Source: Proteromonas lacertae (lineage: Eukaryota). From it: DNA of 64,000 nt. This document shows, one piece after another, positions 1 to 12,000 of the stretch (position 1 is its first letter; each line of letters starts with the position of its first letter). The notes below the pieces were generated by a model. The model searched no databases, was not told the origin of the DNA, and saw only the letters and a list, made by a program, of their open reading frames with translations. The translations under genes and the position numbers were made by a program. Location of the stretch: the NCBI GenBank assembly GCA_002245135.1, contig NGBS01000871.1, positions 372,001 to 436,000 on the forward strand. The letters are read 5' to 3'.

Positions 1-2
1 GA

Positions 3-3000
3 AGATGCGTAGTTTCAATATTACCAGTATTAAAGCCAATATCAGGAATTATTACAGTGAAGACTGGTGAAGATAAGATATATTTAAGTGAATATTGGAA
101 TATTTATAATTTCAATAAGAATTTGATCAGAATAGAAGTTGGTGATTATATATGGATTGCTGATGATCGATATGAGATTAAAAATATAACAAATAATGAA
201 GTGGAAATATATCCAAGTTTCATTAAAGAAAGTGGTGAATATACAGTATTTAAACAAGTAAAAGGTAAAAAGATATTAATACATTTAAGATCAGTAGTTG
301 GATATGAAAATTTACAGACATTTAATATAAAACCTGATCCAGTAACTCCACTAAAAGGATATGGTATAAAGTTACAATTAATTACTCCATTCTCAATACC
401 AAAATATGAATATCATATTGGAAATAATCTGAATACATATGTATTGACATTAGAAACAAAAGGCGTTAAAGAAAATAGTGAATTGTATTATAAAATAGAT
501 GTTGATGACATTTATAATAATAATAATCCATCAATTTGTATAAAATACGATTGGAAAGATGAAATTATTAAGAATCGATTCCATGAGAAAGGTTATAAAG
601 TGAATATTAAATCTTACACATTTGGTAATGATTATTGTGAACATGTAATTAATTTATATGGAAGATATGAAACACCATTACCAGTATTTATATTCAGTGG
701 ATATTATAAAGATTCTGACTGTAATACAGTAATAGAAAGTAATAAAAATGATGGTGAAGAAACATATTATAAAGGAGAAATATCACATGAAGTAACATCC
801 TCCTCTTATTCATCTTATAATCGTATTTACAATGCATTAAAACCAAATACAGAATATATAATTAGAGTAAGTTGTAGTAATTCAAGAGGATATGGTAATA
901 CAACTGTAATAAAACATAGAACATTAAATCAACCAATTCGACCAGATCCTCCTAGTTCAATTGCTTTAGGAATATACAGAGTGAATAATAAAGTGAGTAT
1001 CAATTATAAACCACCATTGATTAGTCATGGATATCCTATTTATATGTATAGAATAGAGTATGATAGAACTCCAACATTTGAAAATGCTGAAATTATGAAT
1101 ATAACTAGAATACAAGAGATTCAGGAGATTAAAATAACTGAATTGAAACATCCATTTAGTGGAAACTTTACATTGAAATTCTTAGGTGTAGAAAGTGATC
1201 CAATATCAATATTTGCTAGTGAAGATGATGTTAGAATTCAAATTGAAAATATCACTCAAACCTCTAACAAACCTGGTACTCCAATAATGGTGAGATATAT
1301 TGATGGTTATAATACAAAGAGATGGATGATTACATTTTCATGGTTTAAAGGAACAATTCCTAAGTTAGAAATTGATGATAAAAATATTGAAAATGGATAT
1401 GGAGTAATCAATAGAATAAGAAGAGGAAGAAATGATATAATTCCATTAGATTATACAGATGAAACTCAAATATTGAATTTGAATGGTTATACAGGAAAAT
1501 TCTTATTATCATTTGAAGGATATAATACAAACGAATTAGATACTAGTAATTTGAATAAAACAACATTGAAAGATGAATTAGAAAAATTACCAACAATTGA
1601 TTTAGTTACAATAGAAAGTAACAGTAATGATAATGAATATATAATTACATTCCATTATTTAGGACATGAATTAATAATGGGAACAGGATCAATACAATTA
1701 TTAATACCAAAATCAAGTTCAACGTTTGAAGTTATTGAAGAAATTAAAATACAGAAATATATAACTGGAACATTACCATTAGAATTATATACCAAAGAAT
1801 TAGATATAAATGAAAATTACTATTTCAGATTTGCATCTTATAATTATAGGAGTGGTTGGAGTTATTATTCTGACTATTATATGTTAAATGCAATAGAAAA
1901 ACCACCATTACCATTGAATGTATCAGTTTCAAGACTGAATATAAGTGAAATAGAATTGAAGATAGAATTAGAACCAAATTCATTGGTAGTGGATAATAAA
2001 ATGGATGGTTTAACTATAGAATATTATTCAAAGAGAGATGAACCAGAAATTCAAATTGTGTCATTAATTTCAAACGATTTTACAGAGGAAGAAAAAGTGA
2101 ATTACAATGAAATTCAAAGAATCATATCAACCTCAACAAATGGTAGTTTTTATATACAAGTAAATGATGAAATAACAATGCCAATCAATTACAATGCAAC
2201 AGCTGAAGAATTAAAAACAAAGTTAAACAGATTAACATCAGTAGTTGGAGATATAATTGTAACAATACCAAATGATGTATTTAATGATGATGAAAATGAT
2301 TATTACAAGTGGGATATTACATTCAAATCATTACATTATGAAAGAAATATGAAATTACTCAAAGGATTGAATTATTATGGTAATTTATATATAAGAAATA
2401 TTCGTAAAGGACATACTCCAATTAAAGGATATTTTACACTCTGTTTTAATAAAAGTGAAATATTAGAAACATCCATACAATGTACTCAGAATATGGTATA
2501 TAATATCTCCGCTGAAGATATGAAAGAATCATTATTAATGTTAAAAGGAATAGGAAATAATATTACAGTGGAAAGATATAATAATTATAATGGAAATGGA
2601 TTTGATTGGTATATTACTTTTAATGATTTGAATTATGATATAAATATGTTAATTCCAACTGTAGCTCATATTACAGGTCCAAAACCAATGATATATGTTT
2701 CTGAACTTAGAAAATGTGTTGGTAATTCAGAATATATTGTGTTATATAAAGAAGATTTATTAGAATCAGAATCTACATTTAGAAATATGTTTGAATATTC
2801 CAACAATGTTGTTAAAGTGAATATTACTGACTTAGAATATGATGAGTTATATTATTTCATTGTGAATATATTCAATGATATTGTTATAGTGAATAATCCA
2901 TTTGTTCCTGCAATTATACCTTGTGGAAGACCAGATATAGCTAAATCAACAAATCCAACAAAGATTAACAAAGATGTAATGAAATTAGAAATAGAATTAG

Positions 3001-6000
3001 GTGATATGAAAGGATGTGAATTGAGTGAAATAAAGATATACTTTTATGATAATACAAGAACATTAATATCAACAGAAAACTTTACTGAATTTACAATTGA
3101 TGAAAATAATACAATTATGTTATTTGTAGATTTACCTGAAGGAAGTTCATTTGGATATTATCAAAAATATAGTGTACAATTAATCAATGATGCTGGAGAG
3201 AGTGATTTAACTGAAATAGTTGAAGTTTACTGTCCAGATGATCAAAAAGTGTCAAATTTACCTGAAGAGTTTAATGTAATATTTTTATCAGAATCTCAAG
3301 TATTAGTCAATTGGACAACTCCAGTAAATCCAATAGAAGAAAACCGACCATTTATATACAATTATACTATAAATTATACCTCTGAAGAAATAAGTGAAAG
3401 TTTCACATTATCAAATGAAACAAATGAATTAATTATTGGTAAGAGGAATATCTATAATGGAATGGAAACTCCAAAATTGAATAATTTGAAATTAGATTTC
3501 TATGTATGGAATTCTATTGGTTATAATAAAACAAGTTTCAGTGGAAATGATGCAGAGATTGTAGCACCATCAGTACCAACCGATGTAAATTTAACTGTTG
3601 GAAGTTATAACAATTTAACATTGAATTGGAATATTCCATTATATGATGGTGGTTCTTTATTAGATCATTTTGAAGTGAATTATACTAAAGATAATGAAAC
3701 ATTTGAAAGTGTTATTTTACCAATAATTCACGAATCACATTTATTAGAAGTAAAACCATCTCAGAATTGTAGTTATTATGATCAAGAAAGACCAATTATT
3801 CCAGAAGTACAACAATTAAATATTGAACTAACTGAAGAACCAAAGAATCCAATATTTGAATATAGTATATATGTAGATGGTGAAATTACTCCTCAAATAT
3901 CTGAGATTGTAATAGGTGATTTTGATGGTGATAAATATAATCAAAATGAAGTTCAAAGTGTTGCAATTACTGGATTTATTGTTCCTGCTGAAAAGATAAT
4001 AGTTTTCCCTAATGAAGAAATAACAATACAAGTTATACAGAATAATAGAAGAAGAATGTTAGTGGATGGTGTTTATAAGAATGAAGAAAATGATGATGAA
4101 ATATTAAAATCAAAATTAAGTTCAACACAAGCATCAACAGGAAATACTTGTAAATATAATTTCTGTGATAAAAATGAAACTGAAAGTGCAAAAGACTGTA
4201 TTAAACAGATATTAGTTGAGAATATAATAGATGATGATTATGAAAATACAACAGATGTTGCAATCGATATTGATTATTTAGAAGAAGGAAAATGTGAATA
4301 TAAAATTACTTATTCAGGAATAAGAAGTAAAGTACCAAATGTAGAAATAGAGAAAGTGACAAATGGTAGAATGTTACAAACTACTGATAATGATAATATT
4401 TTAGTATCACAAAATCAAGGTAATATTATTACAGGTTCAATATCATTGATATTAGGAGATAAAGAAACTGAATCAATAGATTTAGATGATAAAATGTGTG
4501 AAAAAGTAGAAGAAGCATTTAAAACAATATATGAGAAAAGAGTAAATTGTACAATGGATGAAGAAAAAACATTTGGAAATGGTTATACATTACATATAAC
4601 ATTTGTTAATAGTACACATGAAGTTCCATTATTAAAAAGAGGTGTTAAAAATACACATTTAGAGGGATTATATCCATCCATATCAATCATAAGAGAAAGT
4701 CAAGGAAGTGAAATTTCTGGAAAATTCTCATTAAAACATCCATTAGATTTATGGCCAGAAGTAGAGTTTGAATATAATGATAAAGATTATGTAATAATTG
4801 AAAAATTACAGAAATTATATCATACACCATATGGTATTAAAGCCTTTGATGTGAAGATAGTTAATGATATAAAATCAAGTTCAAAGAAGTGGATAATAAC
4901 ATCATATCCATGTGAATACTGTCAACATATAGGAAGTGAAAATATACCAGTAATAACAAGTAATAATTTAACAACAAATGTAATAAAATCAAATAATGAA
5001 GAAGTGAATGTTTCTATTATTATAACTGATTCAGGAAATAGACCAATCAATGGTTATTATACATTAACATTAGATTTAACAGAATGTTATGGTTGTAGAA
5101 ATCCAATATCAGCAACAACTGATTTAATACCATATAACGCTAGTGAAAGTGAATTGAGAGAAAAGATAGAAGAATTACCCAATATTGAGTCAATAAGAGT
5201 AAAAAGAGAAGTAATAAATGGAGATTATGGATTTTATCGATATTATGTTGAATTAGTAGAAGATTTAGATTTACATTCATTTGGTAGATTGTGTTATATT
5301 AGTGATGAAGATTTAGATGATAATGATGAAGAAGATAGTAAATATTATAAATATATTAATAATACTAATAATAATGAAGATGAAGATTATAATAATAGTT
5401 GTAGTCATGTTTTATATGTAAATACAACGAATCTGTATGGAGGAAAAGAAGTGAGAATGTTGGAAGATAATGAAGATGGTAATGATGATGAAATATTAGT
5501 AAATGTGACATTAATACAAAATGGAAATACAATTGATGGAAATATTACACTGGATTATGGATATGGATGTGAAATATTTATTAAACATCATTATACAAAT
5601 GAAACAGAAGTAATCAATCAATATTTAGATGAAAAATGTAAAATGTTCTTTACAAATGTTACAGTAACAAAAGAGGAGTTTGGATTCTATGGTAATACAA
5701 CTTGGAATATATCAATATATGAGAATTATGTCACTCGTTTACCCAATATCACTAACAACACCTTTGAAGATTCAGTTAGAGTTACTGTTTTATCATTATT
5801 ACATCCTGATTATGATTATACCTATACATTAGCAGAAGAAACTAGTAGTAGTAGTAATAGTGGATTAGATGAAGATTATTACTCTACAATTACTCCTCAT
5901 CCTTATGGTGATAAAACAATAGAAAGTTTAGTAAGATGTGATGTTGATGATGAAAATGATGAATTATATTTCACTGTAAATACAACCGAGTTTAGTACAA

Positions 6001-9000
6001 TAATAGAATATGAAAAAGAATCAAATCTTACTGATGAATTGATTGATGTTTTCCTAAATATTTCAACTGTTAATGATATTAATATAACAATGATTCCTGT
6101 ATATGATGTCCCAGTTCCTTATATTAGAGTGAAAGTGTATAGAGGTTCAAAGAATGTTACATTATTAAATGAAGGTTATGATTTGAAGGAATTATTTAGA
6201 AGTCAAAAGAGATTTATATTAAAACCAATACCAGTAGAAGTAGAAGAAGAAGAAAGTGAAGAAGAAGAAGAAGAAGAAGGAGATAGTAATAGAATATTAG
6301 AAATGAGTGAAACTGAAGATGGAGAATATTATTATTTAGGAAATATAATACAATACAACGGAACAGATATAAGACTAAGTGAAAAGATATATGATATAAT
6401 TGATATTAAAGATAGTTTAAGAATATTTGGTGAAGAATATGAAGTTGTTGATATGAATATATTTACACAGAAATTAACCATACCAATTGATATCAATAAT
6501 GAAGAAGAAAATCAAGAAGAAGATGAAGAAGAAATTATGTTTTTAATTAATAATGAAACTGCAACTAATTGTATATCTATTAGAGCAAATTCGTCTGTAT
6601 ATGAAGAAGAATTTAAACAAATGTTTAAGAATGATAATATCGTAGTTAATATATTGAAAAATGGTAAAGAAATGATAATCAATATATCTTATTATGATGA
6701 AATATTCTATAATTTAGACAATCCAGCAAGTGAATATGATTGGAAAGTAGTTTTATGTAATAAAACAACAACAACAACAACAACAACAGAACCAATAACA
6801 ACAACAGATAGTACAATTACTACTACATCTGGAGGTGATAATGAAGAATTAAATCCATCAAAAGTTTCATTAATTGAAAGATTACTAGTTGAAATGAATG
6901 AAGATGATTATGATGGAATAGAGATAGTAATTGATAATATTGGTGATATAACAAAATACAATACAATTACACTAAACAGAGCATTTAATAATCCATATGG
7001 AGATATGAATAAACCAATTCCAATATATAAAGAAGCACAAATATTTGAATATGATGTTGATTGTGGATGTTTAACTGAAGAAGTAAGAGCAATGCCAAGT
7101 TATGATAATTTAGGAATCTATATCAATTATAACAATTATAATTATAGAATAGATTTTATTAGTATTATAGGAAGAGATGAAGTACCAAAGATTGAGTTTA
7201 TACCTTCCAGTGGATTGAATATTACGTATAATACTGAATATATACCATCAGTTATACCATCAAAGTTTACTCTATATTTGAATAACTCATTTGAATATTA
7301 CAGTTTCAAAATCAGGTCGCATAATGAAGAAGATCTTTACAGTGAATATTCTGAAGTTATTTCTGCAGAAACAACAAGTGTTCCATCACCAGTAACAAAA
7401 TACAACTTAGAAAGAGCAAAGCATATAAATGAAATACAGAAATTAGAGACTTCTACTCAATATATTGAAGAAATTCATGAAATTATAACATCAGCTCCAG
7501 AGATGTATAAAGTTCAATCAATTCATACCTATTCAGATGAATCTTATACAGATGTAGAACTTTCATTTACATTTAATTTCTCAATGTTTGATTGGGAAGA
7601 TAATTATGTGAATATTACAAGTGATAATTATAAAATTTATAAGATAATATTCCCTCTTGATAATGATGATGTTAATAATAATACAGAAAATACTGTATTA
7701 ATAAATAATACATGTATTAATATAAATAACAATACTGAATTAGGTGAAATAATTATTGAATTAGTAGATGAATTAGTAAATGATAAATATGAATTGTTTA
7801 TCAATGAAGTTAAAGGTTCTTATAAAATGATAACTGTAGTTTATGATATAGATGAAGAAGAAAATAGTGGAAATAAAGATATAGAATTATCCATCACAAC
7901 ATCATCAACATGTAATGGATATAAAAATCAACCAATCATATTGAATGGAACAAATAATGAAATTAGAGTCAGTAGTAATGATACAATTTATAAAGATGAT
8001 AGTGTAGAAAATATGATAAAACAATCATTAGAATTACTACCTGGTATAAAGACAGTAAATGTTGAAAAATCATTGGCTGATACAGAAAACGGATATTATT
8101 ATACAATATTATACAGTGAAATAGATAATAATACTCCTGAAATAGGAATTAATATATTAAATGAAGATAATCTTGCAAATGAGAATAGTAAATGTGAAAT
8201 AATTGATGTGATTTTACCCAATATGATTGATGGTTATTTCAGTTTATATTTATTCGATTCTGTTATTGATATTCCATACAATGTTAGTGAAGATGGTTTA
8301 TCATCATTATTAAGACCACTAGTTGAAAAAACACAAATCACTAGGGAAGGACCAGATTCAGTGAATGGATATAAATGGTTGATTACATATATCGATTTTA
8401 ATGATAAATTGTTAAAATTCCCAGAAGTAAGAGTTTCTCAAACTTTAGGTGGATTTAAATCAAAAGTTGAATATAATATATTGTCAAAAGTCAATACAAT
8501 AAGTGGTACATTTAGATTAGGTTTGAATAATCAATATACAAATGATTTACCATTCAATATAACAGCTGAAAGTCTTAAATATGAATTAGAAACTACAGTT
8601 CCAGATATAAAGAATGTTAGTATTAGTAGAGTAGAAAAAGAGCATTTTAACCAAGGTTATATTTGGATGATTACATTTTTAGATATGTATCAATTACCAG
8701 CTGATGTTCCAATGTTACAGATTGTTAATAATTTGAATGGAATTAAATCAATGGTAAGTGTTCAAGAATATATGAAAGGATCAAATCCAACTAATGAATA
8801 TTTATCTGTTTCATTTGAATTACCTGAGAATGAGAATGGTTATAATATTGAAGGTTATTTGATTAAATACTATAGTGTGAATGATGAAAGTAGAGAAATA
8901 TTAGAATACAATTATACAGAAGGTGATTTATTCAATGAAAATCAAATTATTCGATTTGTAAAAAATAATAATAATAATAGAAGATTGATAAAAGAAACAG

Positions 9001-12000
9001 ATTATGATGATGGTGATACAACTACAGAAATATTACAACCGACAACCACTTCAGCAGATACAACAACAACTACTACAAGTAGTGATAATAATAATGAAGA
9101 TGAAGAAGAAGAAGAAGAAAGTATATTTAAACCAAATGAGAAATTTATTATTCGATATGGTAATGAAATAATCGAAAATATTCCAGCAAATGTAAAGACA
9201 AATGAATTGAGAGAAATTTTAGAGAAATTAGAAAATATAAATGTAGTATCAATAACAAAGGATGTAGAAAGAGGAATGAATTACTTATGCACAGCTGAAT
9301 ATGTCAATAATACAAACAAAATATTAGTGAATACTTATATAAAGTTGGAGATAAATGAAATGCTTATTATTGAGAATAAAAGATACAGTGTGGTTAGTTA
9401 TAATAGGAATAATGGTGAAGTTGTATTACATCCATTTGATAGAAGTGTTAATCCATTCCAATTCAGTTTTAATAGTGAAAATAGATTCGTTAATGTTTAT
9501 ACATTTTCACCAGAATCTTATGAATATAAAATATCAATCTTAAGTGGAAAAAGACCATTCCAAAGATTCTATTTCTCCACTAATAATAATAATGATGATT
9601 ATTCAATAGAATATCATTCACTTGGTTGTAATAAATGTTTGTATATACCAACCAAACCTGGAGAAGAGTATGTAGCAGTAATCTTGCCATATAATAAGGT
9701 AGGAATCTCTTTAATAGAAGATTATAGTATAAATACACCTGTTTTATCTGAAGAAATACCCTCTGAAGTTACAAATATGTATATAGAACCAATATCTGAT
9801 TATGAATTTGAAATATTCTGGAATGAACCATATTCGAATGGTGGTAGTGAAATATTGAGATATAGAGTAGAATGGAGTGAATATGATAACTTTACAACTC
9901 AGCCATTAGAATCGCCAATATATATAGATGTAAATAAACAACAAAGTCCTTATCATACATTCATTTCTCACTTACAATATAATAAAAGATATTATATAAG
10001 AATATGTGCTGAAAATAGAGTTCCATTTGAAGTAATTGCCCATGATGACAACCCACCTAATAATCGTAAATGGTCTTATTATAATGAGAATAAAGGATAT
10101 TTACCAACAGAACAAATATCATTACCTTTACCACCATCAAATGTAGAATTAATGGAGTTGAATTTAACATCAGTTCGATTAATAATATCTTCGCCTAAAA
10201 GAAGTGGTAATTATAAATTAAGAGGATTTAATATAAGATATTCATTATCAAGTGATTTTAGTGAATATAAAGTTGAAAGTTTTAATGTTTCGAATGAAGA
10301 TTATTTATTTGATTATTATTATGAAATGCCTTCAAGATTTATATATGATATTCACAATTTACAATCAGGCAGTATAGTGTATGTAGAAGTACAAACAATA
10401 AATGAAGGAGAATATGTGAGTAATTATATCAGAACAACTCCATCTTATGTAATATTAGAAGGACCTTCTGATGGAATAACAAACTTGAAGTTAATACCAA
10501 AAGAAGATGAAATTAATGGAACAAAAACAGATTACAATAAACTAAATATCTATTGGAATCAACCAACATATGATGGTGAAGAAAAATTGTTATATTATGA
10601 AGTAGAATATTGGTTAACAAAATTAGTAACTCCAACAATTCATCGATTAGAATGTAATGTAGATGTGAATAGTGATGATGAACCAATCATATTCAATTTA
10701 GGTGGATCTCCAATCGAATTACCTGTAGATGAAAGTGAATTGAGATATATACTAATGACCTATTATGGATATCATAATGTTAAAGTAAATATGACAATTG
10801 AAGGTGGTAATAAATATATTTATGATATCAGTTACTTGGAAGATACTCAAAATAGAGTTGTAGTTCCATTAATCAGTAGTGATGTTAATATATGTAATAT
10901 AACAATGATAAGAGTTGGTAATAGAGCAAGTGGAGGTAATGAAGTTCAAACAATCGAATTGAATGGTAAGAAAGGTGGATATTTCAGAGTAAAGCATAAT
11001 AATAAATATGGCAATTATGTACATTATAGAGATTGTGAAGAATCAGCCAAAGAATTAGAAGATTCTATTATTTTATTAGATGGATTTATAGTTAAAGTGA
11101 CAGTAGATAAAAATGAATATGACAATGAAATATTGACATGTAAATATTTGATTGATTATATTGGATCATTTGATGATATTGAACCAATAGAAGTGGATTT
11201 ACAATATATGAAGAATATGATAACAAAAGAATATGTTTGTGATGGAACAATTGATCCAATTAAATCACATTGTGATCCAATCAGATCACATATAGCTGAA
11301 AAGCCTTATAAATACAATGTAATAAAGTATTATAACATTGGATATAATGAAATGACAATTGGTAATAATGATTATGATGATGAAGAGAATTATAGTTTAA
11401 TTCCTGGTGAAGAATATTCTGTAAGAATCACTCCAGTTACTTATTTTGGTAAAGGATATTCAAGTGAAGTGAAATCAGTAATATTACCACTAAAGAATCC
11501 ATTACCACCTTCAAATTTCACATCCACTATCATCTATAATGAAATGGATAAATTAATGGTGAAATATACAAAGCCAATATCAGATGGTGGTTCTACAATA
11601 ATGAAATATTCAATACAATGGAGTAAAGATCCAGAATTCACTCATATCGAGCCAAACCGTCAAGTATTAATTGGTAATGAGATAGTTGATGCTGATAATA
11701 TAATATGTAGTGGTTTTTATCAATATGATATTTGGGAGATAATAATGCCTTATAATCTCAATGAAAATATCACTGGTAGATGGATGTTAAGAGTATTAAA
11801 AGATGATGTAGTAGTTGGTAGAACAGGAAATATGATGTATAATTTAACTGGAAAAATTGAAGATGAAGATGATGAAAGAAATATATATAACAAAGATATA
11901 GGAAGTGGTTCATTGGAATATTATTTAAGAGAATTGAATATAGATATAAATATAACCAGATACGATTATGACAATGAAACTATTTATATGGTTACTTTCT